Below are positions 38,825-46,695 of a DNA stretch of 64,000 nucleotides, in pieces. Numbering within the stretch: the first letter of the stretch is position 1; each line of letters begins with the position of its first letter. The position numbers were made by a program, and so were the translations under genes. A model generated the notes under the pieces. The model was not told where the DNA came from and did not search any database. It was given only the letters and a program-made list of their open reading frames with translations. The DNA is from Candidatus Poribacteria bacterium (GTDB lineage Bacteria > Poribacteria > WGA-4E > WGA-3G): contig CBDANF010000002.1 of NCBI GenBank assembly GCA_965197475.1, forward strand, positions 896,001 through 960,000, in the 5' to 3' direction.

Positions 38825-38862
38825 ATGACAAGACTTCACCCCACCCCGCTTGATGTTTTGAC

Positions 38863-38891
38863 TTGAATTGTATGTTGAAACCTGTTATAAT
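38863..38891 (+). promoter_or_regulatory. Putative hsdM promoter
   Basis: TTGAAT-17bp-TATAAT with extended -10 TG. Confidence 0.6.
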
Positions 38892-38914
38892 TATTTTAAC
38901 CTGAAAGGAAACAC

Positions 38915-40642
38915 ATGGCAAATTATCAAGAACTGGCACAACTCGTTTGGAATGTGGCGGATGATGTACTGCGAAACTTGTTCAAACAGCACGAATACGG
39001 GGACATCACCCTCCCATTTCTGGTACTGCGTAGGTTGGATTGCTTATTAGACGAGGACGGACGAAAAGAGGAAGCCATCAAGATTTACAATCAGTATAAG
39101 GATCAAGTCTCCGAAGAGGCACTCCCACCGATTATCATAAATAAAATTAACACCAATTTCTACAATATCTCTAAATACGACCTATCCCGACTGAAAGACG
39201 ACCCAAACAATATCCATCTCAACTTTGAGAACTACATCGGTGGATTCAGTCAGAACGTGCGCGACATCATTGAAAACTTCAATCTTGATGGATTTATTGA
39301 ACGGCTATACAAAAACAACCGCCTGTTCATCTTCTGCGATAAATTTACCGAAGTTGATTTGCACCCTGATGAGGTGGACAACCGCACAATGGGATTGGTC
39401 TTTGAGGAACTGCTCCGCAAATTCTCGGAAATGTCCAACGAAACCAGCGGGGAACACTACACGCCACGGGATGTCGTGCAGTTGTTGGTCTCACTGCTGT
39501 TTGCAGAACACCATGAAGATTTACGTGGGCAGGGGGTTATCCGCAGTATCTTCGATCCGTGTTGCGGAACAGGTGGCATGTTGACTATTGGAAAAAAATA
39601 CTTCAACGAACAGATCAATTCCGATGCTGATATTCGCTTGTTAGGACAGGAACTGAACGCGCAGACTTATGCAATCTGCAAGTCGGATATGCTCATCATC
39701 GGAGAGGACCCTAATAATATCCGACACGGTTCCAGTCTCTCTAATGACCAATTTCAGGGTGAACGATTTGATTATATGATAACAAATCCACCCTTTGGCG
39801 TTAGTTGGAAATCTGACGAAGACGCGGTGAAAGCGGATGCACAAACCGCCAACGGCAGATTCTCTGCAGGTACGCCTCGCTCCTCAGATGGCGCGTTGCT
39901 GTTTCTGCAACACATGCTCTCCAAGATGGAGGACCGTGGGAGTCGGGTTGGAATTGTCTTTAACGGGTCGCCACTCTTTACGGGGGATGCCGGTAGCGGT
40001 GAGAGTGAAATCCGACGTTGGATTATTGAAAACGATTGGCTGGAGTGTATTATCGCGTTGCCTGAAAAGTTGTTTTTCAATACCAGTATTGCCACATATA
40101 TTTGGATTTTAACGAATAAAAAATCGGAGGCACGCCAAGGTAAGATCCAACTGATAAACGCCGTTGACTTTCACAACGATATGAAAAGGAATCTTGGACA
40201 AAAAAATGCTCTGATTTCCGATACCCATATCCGTCAAATAGCGGAACTGTACACCAATTTTGAAGAGACAGAACACTGCAAAATCTATCCTAACGAATTC
40301 TTCGGATATACAAAAGTAACGGTTGAGAGGCCGCTCATTGACGAGGAGACAGAGGAAATCATCACGGACAAGAAGGGCAATCCAAAACCGGATTCTGCAC
40401 TCCGAGACCATGAACGCGTTCCCCTCACACAGAACATTGAGGATTACTACCAACGAGAAGTGAAACCGCATGTACCTGATAGTTGGATAGACAAAAAGAA
40501 GGATAAGGTGGGCTACGAAATTAACTTCAACAGGTATTTCTATCAGTACACACCGCTGCGGTCACTGAAGAAAATCACGGACGAATTGTTGGCACTGGAG
40601 CGGAAAAGTGAAAACTTGCTGAATGAGGTGTTGGGTTTATAA
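38915..40642 (+). CDS. hsdM: Type I restriction-modification methyltransferase subunit
   Basis: GEHYTPRDVV, DPCCGTGGML, NPPF and GYEINFNRYFY motifs. Confidence 0.95.
   Translation: MANYQELAQLVWNVADDVLRNLFKQHEYGDITLPFLVLRRLDCLLDEDGRKEEAIKIYNQYKDQVSEEALPPIIINKINTNFYNISKYDLSRLKDDPNNIHLNFENYIGGFSQNVRDIIENFNLDGFIERLYKNNRLFIFCDKFTEVDLHPDEVDNRTMGLVFEELLRKFSEMSNETSGEHYTPRDVVQLLVSLLFAEHHEDLRGQGVIRSIFDPCCGTGGMLTIGKKYFNEQINSDADIRLLGQELNAQTYAICKSDMLIIGEDPNNIRHGSSLSNDQFQGERFDYMITNPPFGVSWKSDEDAVKADAQTANGRFSAGTPRSSDGALLFLQHMLSKMEDRGSRVGIVFNGSPLFTGDAGSGESEIRRWIIENDWLECIIALPEKLFFNTSIATYIWILTNKKSEARQGKIQLINAVDFHNDMKRNLGQKNALISDTHIRQIAELYTNFEETEHCKIYPNEFFGYTKVTVERPLIDEETEEIITDKKGNPKPDSALRDHERVPLTQNIEDYYQREVKPHVPDSWIDKKKDKVGYEINFNRYFYQYTPLRSLKKITDELLALERKSENLLNEVLGL
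40592..40642 (+). repeat. 51-bp direct repeat copy 1 (hsdM 3' end)
   Basis: GCACTGGAGCGGAAAAGTGAAAACTTGCTGAATGAGGTGTTGGGTTTATAA = ALERKSENLLNEVLGL*. Confidence 0.9.
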
Positions 40643-40654
40643 GAGGGATAAGTT

Positions 40655-41881
40655 ATGATTACCGAACTCAGGGCGCAAAATTTCAAATCATGGCAAGATA
40701 CTGATAAGCTACAGTTCGCCCCATTAACTGGACTTTTCGGCGCGAATAGCTCCGGCAAAACCAGTATCTTACAGGTACTGTTAATGCTCAAGCAGACTGT
40801 AAAAGATAATGATTCCAATTTACCACTGAACTTTGGTAAAAGCAATTTTGATACTGTTATTCACCGTCACGATAAGAATCTAAGTTTAGGTTTTTCGGTG
40901 TCGTGGAAACTACCTAAGCAAATAAAAATTCAAGGTGACTTAATCAATTCCCTTTCTTTTTCAACCGTCATTCTTGAAAAATATGGAAGTGTGATGGTGG
41001 TACGTTTTTGTTATTCAACAAATCATAACGACTTTGAGATAGGTTGGACAGAACGAGGATATAGGTACTTACCTAATGTTATAGATGAAGAAGCAGACAC
41101 ATACAAATGTTATGGAGTTGATAGTCCAGTAGGACCTTTAGAAGAATTTAAGCCTCTTAGCGAGGAATTTGAAGACCTATTCTCTCGAATCATCCATCTC
41201 GGTCCACTCCGCGAGTATCCTCAACACAGTTATACTTGGGAGGGTGACCATCCACAAGACATTGGGATCTACGGTGAAAAGATGATATCTGCCCTGCTTT
41301 CGAGCCGGATTCTACGCCATCCAATTGAAGTTCAGATTTTGAAATGGTTACAGAAATTAGACCTGATCTACTCCTATGATGTCCCTCCTGTCACCGAAGA
41401 GGGTAAAAATTATGAATGTCTTGTCAAACAATATAAAGACGGACCAGAAGTCCCACTGACTGATGTTGGTTTTGGTGTTTCTCAAGTACTGCCTGTGCTC
41501 ACACTTTGCTATTATGCTGATGAGGGCTCAATCCTCATCCTTGAACAACCGGAGGCACATCTACATCCGAAAGTGCAATCAGACTTAGCAGATGTTCTCA
41601 TTGATGTTGTGAAAAATCGAAACGTACAGATTATCCTTGAAAGTCATAGCGAACATCTGCTACTACGTTTGATGCGTCGGATTGCTGAAGAAGATATTTC
41701 AGTAGATCAAACAGCACTCTATTTCTGCCAGATAAACGAAGGGACCTCCGAAATTGAACGACTCAAGGTTGACGAATATGGTAACATCAGCAATTGGCCT
41801 CAAAATTTCTTTGGCGATGAGATGGGTGACTTGGTAGAAAAGACGAAAGCCGAAATGCGGCGGCGGAAAGAAAACAAATAA
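40655..41881 (+). CDS. ABC/AAA_15-type ATPase with DUF3696-like C-terminus
   Basis: NFKS, GANSSGKTS, DVGFGVSQVLP, EQPEAHLHP, ESHSEH and WPQNFFG motifs. Confidence 0.88.
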   Translation: MITELRAQNFKSWQDTDKLQFAPLTGLFGANSSGKTSILQVLLMLKQTVKDNDSNLPLNFGKSNFDTVIHRHDKNLSLGFSVSWKLPKQIKIQGDLINSLSFSTVILEKYGSVMVVRFCYSTNHNDFEIGWTERGYRYLPNVIDEEADTYKCYGVDSPVGPLEEFKPLSEEFEDLFSRIIHLGPLREYPQHSYTWEGDHPQDIGIYGEKMISALLSSRILRHPIEVQILKWLQKLDLIYSYDVPPVTEEGKNYECLVKQYKDGPEVPLTDVGFGVSQVLPVLTLCYYADEGSILILEQPEAHLHPKVQSDLADVLIDVVKNRNVQIILESHSEHLLLRLMRRIAEEDISVDQTALYFCQINEGTSEIERLKVDEYGNISNWPQNFFGDEMGDLVEKTKAEMRRRKENK

Positions 41882-42399
41882 TGGCAGTGATTGTAGATAC
41901 AAATGTAGCTTTAGTCGCCAGTGGCCAGTCAGAACAGGCATCTGAGGATTGTGTCGCAGTTTGTGCTGAGAAGCTTGGACAAATTAACAATGGTGAAGTG
42001 AAATTAGTTTTGGATAATCAGCGGCGAATCATTGATGAATACCGGGGACATCTAAATCCAGATGGTCAACCCAGTATCGGCGATGTGTTTCTCAAATGGG
42101 TAGAGATGAATTGGGCAAATCCTGCACGGTGTGATTTAGTTTCAATTACACCTGTTGATGGTTCAGAGAATGAGTTTGAAGAGTTCCCAGATGATCCAGC
42201 GTTGGATAGTTTTGATCCAGATGATCGGAAATTTATCGCTGTCGCATGTGCACATTTAGAGAGACCTCCTATTTTGCAGGCAGTAGATAGTCAGTGGTTA
42301 GATTTCCGCAACGCATTCCGTCGAAACGGTGTGACAGTGGAGTTTATTTGCGAGGATGATATACAACGATTGCATCGGAGCACTGGAACGGAAAAGTGA
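41881..42399 (+). CDS. PIN-like domain protein coupled to the ATPase
   Basis: VIVDTNV start, IIDEY, DPDDRKFIAVA; TAATG overlap with the ATPase gene. Confidence 0.7.
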   Translation: MAVIVDTNVALVASGQSEQASEDCVAVCAEKLGQINNGEVKLVLDNQRRIIDEYRGHLNPDGQPSIGDVFLKWVEMNWANPARCDLVSITPVDGSENEFEEFPDDPALDSFDPDDRKFIAVACAHLERPPILQAVDSQWLDFRNAFRRNGVTVEFICEDDIQRLHRSTGTEK

Positions 42400-42430
42400 A
42401 GGCTTGCTGAATGAGGTTTTGCGGTTATGA
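42355..42430 (+). repeat. Direct repeat copy 2 (PIN-gene tail + hsdM 3' end)
   Basis: Core 42380-42430 encodes ALERKSEGLLNEVLRL*; the full 76 bp aligns with 45334-45409. Confidence 0.9.
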
Positions 42431-42459
42431 ACAGTTCTTGTCTTGTTGACAAATTCTGT

Positions 42460-42488
42460 TTGACAAATAGCAAATTTTAACGTATAAT
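42460..42488 (+). promoter_or_regulatory. Consensus sigma70 promoter at start of second cargo cassette
   Basis: TTGACA-17bp-TATAAT, 30 bp after repeat copy 2. Confidence 0.75.
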
Positions 42489-42547
42489 TGCCACATGATA
42501 TGTTTCTGGGATATTTAAAAGGATATATAAACTAATGGAGAATTACA

Positions 42548-42817
42548 ATGTCTGCCGAAAGAATGACTGTGGAGGAGATGTCTAAGAAATACCCAAACGA
42601 ATGGCTGTTTATTATTGAGCCTGAAATTCGCGAGGGTACTACTATCCTTGTCTCTGGGATAGTTCAAGTTCATAGCAAATCGCGCGATGATGTGTCCGAG
42701 GCATCAAGGAAATTCAAGGGTGATGCAGCTATAAGGTGGACGGGTGATGACACATCTCAAGAACGAAGACCTAAAATGCCTTTGTATAGACCAAGAAATC
42801 TACAACTTATCTCATAA
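42548..42817 (+). CDS. Small DUF5678-like protein
   Basis: MTVEEMSKKYPNEWLFI...GIVQVHSKSRDDV pattern; GGAG RBS. Confidence 0.6.
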   Translation: MSAERMTVEEMSKKYPNEWLFIIEPEIREGTTILVSGIVQVHSKSRDDVSEASRKFKGDAAIRWTGDDTSQERRPKMPLYRPRNLQLIS

Positions 42818-43044
42818 ATCACTTGTAGTGAAAGGACTCTGTATCTTGTATGTCTCGGTTATGGAAATGCTATTCTAACAAAAAAATGAAAATAATCATG
42901 TAAATTACTTCAGAGATAAGAGGTTGTTCTTGGGCAAGTCTATACGGGTAGAATGGATAAGATTTTTCTTTGAACAAAAATTGTAGGTTGTAGTATAATT
43001 TAAATGGATGGGTTAGCCAAACCTCATAAAGAAGGGATGAATTT

Positions 43045-43830
43045 ATGCACTTTGATAATTTTGAACCTATTGAACATAGACCTAGTACTTTATATAATGT
43101 CATTTTTGAAATTCGTTTTCCTGATATTCTAAGAATAGCAAGTGAACTACCTGTTCTTTTTCAGGATTCTGTAATGAAAGAAGGTTATACTGAATTTGAA
43201 CAAGGATCCACTTCTAATCTGACTGGGCGAGTTGAAAATTATCTGCCGGACGATTTTAGAGCCTTTCATTTCTTCACTGAACAAGGGGACTGGCATTGTG
43301 TTTTAAGCAGAAATTCTCTCGGTTTACATTGCCTAGCAAATTACATGAATTCTAGTGATTTCAGGCAGAAATTAGAAAAAATTTTACAAATATTTTGTAA
43401 AATTTACACAGTTCCTTATTTCACTCGTGTTGGTATTAAACATGATAATATGGCAAATAGTGTATTTCTCCCGAATCTACAAGTGGACTTACAATCTTTT
43501 ATACCAGAATATATTTTTCCTCTGTTAAAGACATCTGTAGCAAACGATATTTTGAACTTGCAAACACAATCTGTATTTGATGACGGTGAAATAAGAGCAA
43601 TTGTAACACATTCTCTATTGCAAGTATCTGGAATATTTGCTCAAAAGCAGGTATCTAATGAGTTATCGTACGTGGTTGAGGCAGATTGTTTTTATGAACA
43701 AAAAATAGGAGTAAGAATAGATGAGATTCTCAGCAAATATGATAGACTCCATGAATTATGGTGGAATATCTTTCAGTGGAGTATCACCGAAGATTTACGG
43801 ACTGTCATCACAGAAACTTCTAACGTCTAA
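43045..43830 (+). CDS. TIGR04255-family protein
   Basis: LYNVIFEIRFP, RVGIKHDN, YVVEADCF and FQWSITE motifs; AT-rich DNA. Confidence 0.7.
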   Translation: MHFDNFEPIEHRPSTLYNVIFEIRFPDILRIASELPVLFQDSVMKEGYTEFEQGSTSNLTGRVENYLPDDFRAFHFFTEQGDWHCVLSRNSLGLHCLANYMNSSDFRQKLEKILQIFCKIYTVPYFTRVGIKHDNMANSVFLPNLQVDLQSFIPEYIFPLLKTSVANDILNLQTQSVFDDGEIRAIVTHSLLQVSGIFAQKQVSNELSYVVEADCFYEQKIGVRIDEILSKYDRLHELWWNIFQWSITEDLRTVITETSNV

Positions 43831-44632
43831 ATATGCTAATTTTCCTTCTCAAATATTAGAATATACTCAAGGTTTTGATTCAACAGGACATATTCAAAAA
43901 AATGTTTTGACATTGCCTGTGCCTACCACACAAACGCAAACACCAGCAAAGGCAACTATAGGTTCCATATCTGAACTTCTGGACGATAAAAACACACGTT
44001 TCAAGTATGATTTATTAGAATTTGAAAATCAAAAAAGACGACCCCAAGATTTTTTCTTAAATATGATTGATGACAAATTCAATCCGCAAAAGAAAATGGG
44101 ATATAATAGACCTGAAGTTTCAAATAAAAGTTTTTGGGAACACATGACACCTATTAATAGAACGAGAGACCCAATTATATCATATAAGCAGCAGGATACT
44201 ATAAAACGGATTTTTAAAGACTTGCTGAAAAAGCCTAACAGGGTATCTAGTAAATTGGATCTCCGTATTCAGCAAGATGAAATCTCAAAACAATTTGATG
44301 TGGTGAAGGAATGGAAAGAGAGCTGGAGTGAACATGGTTTAGAAAAACCTAATGATTTAACTATATCTCATGCAGAAACTGTGATAGAAACATTATTAAG
44401 CTTAATCATTCCTGCTGACTATAGATTTATTACACCATTCATTTCTGGTGATGGTGATGGTAATGTAACAGCAATATGGTATAACCAAAAACGTCAATTA
44501 CATCTTAAAATCGGAGAAAATGATGTAGAATACTTTAAAGTTTGGGGTACGAATATTAATACAGAAATGGAAGTTGATTTTCTAAAATTTGAGCATTGTT
44601 TAGAACTCTGGAAATGGTTAATTAATGGATAA
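43721..44632 (+). CDS. Hypothetical protein with low-complexity N-terminus and conserved-looking C-terminal domain (start uncertain)
   Basis: C-terminal WKESWSEHGLEKP...PFISGDGDGNVTAIW, a pattern often found next to TIGR04255 genes; overlaps both neighbours. Confidence 0.55.
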   Translation: MRFSANMIDSMNYGGISFSGVSPKIYGLSSQKLLTSKYANFPSQILEYTQGFDSTGHIQKNVLTLPVPTTQTQTPAKATIGSISELLDDKNTRFKYDLLEFENQKRRPQDFFLNMIDDKFNPQKKMGYNRPEVSNKSFWEHMTPINRTRDPIISYKQQDTIKRIFKDLLKKPNRVSSKLDLRIQQDEISKQFDVVKEWKESWSEHGLEKPNDLTISHAETVIETLLSLIIPADYRFITPFISGDGDGNVTAIWYNQKRQLHLKIGENDVEYFKVWGTNINTEMEVDFLKFEHCLELWKWLING

Positions 44633-45128
44633 TCAAGATATTGTCCGAGATGATGAAGGTCTCTATAGGAGAGTTCCAGCGGAGTTAAAAGGTATAGCCT
44701 ATTCGGTTGTGAATGGACAATTCAAAATTCTCCCTGCGGCATTTAGGGATAGAGCGTTAACTCCATCTGTATATAGAGCTGAATTAATAAATCACGATGC
44801 TAATTTACCTCAAGAAAAAGTAGAAGACGGAGTTGTTGAAATAACAACCATACAAATACGCCAAATAGGAAGTGTGGTGACTAAAGATGAGGGACAAGTT
44901 ATCAAAGAACATTCTGTGGATGTCATTGCTGATCCTGTTGTTGCCACTAATTCTATTCTATTAGACTCTGCACATGCACTAATTGTTGTAAATCCAAAAT
45001 ACCTTGGCTCAAAAAACAAGCAAAGGAATACATTTGATTTGTTAAAAATAGCACTTTCTACGCTTGCTAATGAAAATGGATGGATAATAGAACCAACTCC
45101 GCCTCAATCTAATAGCATTGATAGTTAG
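44625..45128 (+). CDS. Hypothetical protein, possible ADP-ribosyltransferase-fold toxin
   Basis: DDEGLYRRVP...AF...PSVYR...SAHALI spacing (R...S...H); overlaps the upstream stop. Confidence 0.45.
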   Translation: MDNQDIVRDDEGLYRRVPAELKGIAYSVVNGQFKILPAAFRDRALTPSVYRAELINHDANLPQEKVEDGVVEITTIQIRQIGSVVTKDEGQVIKEHSVDVIADPVVATNSILLDSAHALIVVNPKYLGSKNKQRNTFDLLKIALSTLANENGWIIEPTPPQSNSIDS

Positions 45129-45216
45129 TGGTGTATTTATAGTGAGGCATATATGTCAAATCGTAACACGAGTGTATCGTTAAAATATATGCTGTGTAAC
45201 AGTCAAGTAAATTGTC

Positions 45217-45247
45217 AGGCGTGTTTCTCTCTTATGGTTACACGCCT
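45217..45247 (+). terminator. Possible terminator hairpin at end of cargo cassette
   Basis: AGGCGTGT...ACACGCCT stem followed by ATATCTTTT. Confidence 0.4.
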
Positions 45248-45333
45248 ATATCTTTTCTAATGAGGCAGGGGAAGAGTCAATAGTTACTGAGCAACTTTGA
45301 TAAATATCAGATTATATTTTAGAAATGGTATTA

Positions 45334-45409
45334 GATGATATACAACGATCGCAAAGGAGCACTGGAGCGGAAAAGTGAAGGCTTGCTGAATGAGGTATTG
45401 GAATTATGA
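45334..45409 (+). repeat. Direct repeat copy 3 (PIN-gene tail + hsdM 3' end), overlapping hsdS start
   Basis: Core 45359-45409 encodes ALERKSEGLLNEVLEL*; its TGA overlaps the hsdS ATG (ATGA). Confidence 0.9.
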
Positions 45410-46692
45410 GACGTTATCCTGAATATAAAGAGAGTGGTGTGGAGTGGATTGGAAAGATGCCACAGGATTGGGAACTTGTCAGAGGCAAGTTTATATTAAG
45501 TCATAAAAAAGAGATAAATTCTGATTTCCAATGTGACAATTTGCTCTCACTTACTCTAAACGGTGTCTTGAGAAAAGATATGAATTCAGCTGAGGGACTT
45601 AGACCAAGTGATTATGCAACTTATCAGGTTTTCTACCCAGAAAATCTTGTGTTTAAGTTAATTGATTTAGAGAATATTCAGACGAGTAGAGTCGGTATAG
45701 TTCCTGAAAAAGGTATTATGAGTCCCGTATATATTAGACTTGAGAGTAACAGTGATTTACACGAAAGATATTACTTCTATCAATACTATGATTTGTACAA
45801 GAAACACATTTTCAATTTCTTAGGAAAGGGTGTGCGTTCTTCCCTTAGTCCATCAAATTTATTAGAGATTCCGTTGGTCTTCCCAACGCCCTCTGAACAA
45901 ATCCAAATCGCCAACTTCCTTGACCGCAAAACCGAACAGATTGACGAACTCATCCGCATCAAAGAAAGACGGATAGAACTACTGCAGGAACAACGCACCG
46001 CACTGATAAATCAGGCAGTGACAAAGGGGCTTGACCCAAATGTGGAGATGAAACCGTCGGGCGCGGAGTGGATTGGGGAGATACCAAAGAATTGGTGTAA
46101 AGTTACCGTTGGTAATTTAGGAAAGGTGATCACAGGTTATACTCCACCAACCCAAAATATAGAGTATTTTGGCAATAAGTATCCCTTCATTACTCCGACG
46201 GACATAATGACAGATTCTCGTACCGTTCAAACTGAACGTTTTTTATCTCAGAAAGGTCATGAATATAATAAGAGTCGCTTGCTTCCCAAAAATGCTGTTT
46301 GTGTCACCTGTATTGCAAGCATCGGTAAGATTTGCATGACAACTGTCTCCAGCATAACGAATCAACAAATAAACAGTGTCGTAGTGAATCAAGACAAATA
46401 CAATCCATGCTTTGTCTATTATCTTTTAAAAAACACAACAGATGTAATTCAAAGTGTCGCAAATAGCGCGACAACTCCTATAGTCAATAAATCAACCTTT
46501 GTAAACATCAATATTTGTGTTCCACCACTAAATGAGCAAACCCAAATTGCTAACTTCCTTGACCAAAAAACCGAACAGATTGACGAACTCATAGCCGCAG
46601 AACATCAAAAAATTGAACTCCTTAAAGAATACCGTCAATCCCTCATCTCCGAAGCAGTGACTGGCAAGATAGATGTCCGAAACGAGGTTTAG
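45406..46692 (+). CDS. hsdS: Type I R-M specificity subunit
   Basis: YKESGVEWIG, two TRDs, repeated EQxQIANFLDxKTEQIDELI conserved regions and EAVTGKIDV. Confidence 0.95.
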   Translation: MRRYPEYKESGVEWIGKMPQDWELVRGKFILSHKKEINSDFQCDNLLSLTLNGVLRKDMNSAEGLRPSDYATYQVFYPENLVFKLIDLENIQTSRVGIVPEKGIMSPVYIRLESNSDLHERYYFYQYYDLYKKHIFNFLGKGVRSSLSPSNLLEIPLVFPTPSEQIQIANFLDRKTEQIDELIRIKERRIELLQEQRTALINQAVTKGLDPNVEMKPSGAEWIGEIPKNWCKVTVGNLGKVITGYTPPTQNIEYFGNKYPFITPTDIMTDSRTVQTERFLSQKGHEYNKSRLLPKNAVCVTCIASIGKICMTTVSSITNQQINSVVVNQDKYNPCFVYYLLKNTTDVIQSVANSATTPIVNKSTFVNINICVPPLNEQTQIANFLDQKTEQIDELIAAEHQKIELLKEYRQSLISEAVTGKIDVRNEV

Positions 46693-46695
46693 ACC

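Noticed and set aside
45895-46592. Repeats in hsdS as a phase-variable shufflon
   Set aside because: They are the normal direct conserved regions of HsdS; no silent hsdS copies, inverted repeats or invertase were seen.
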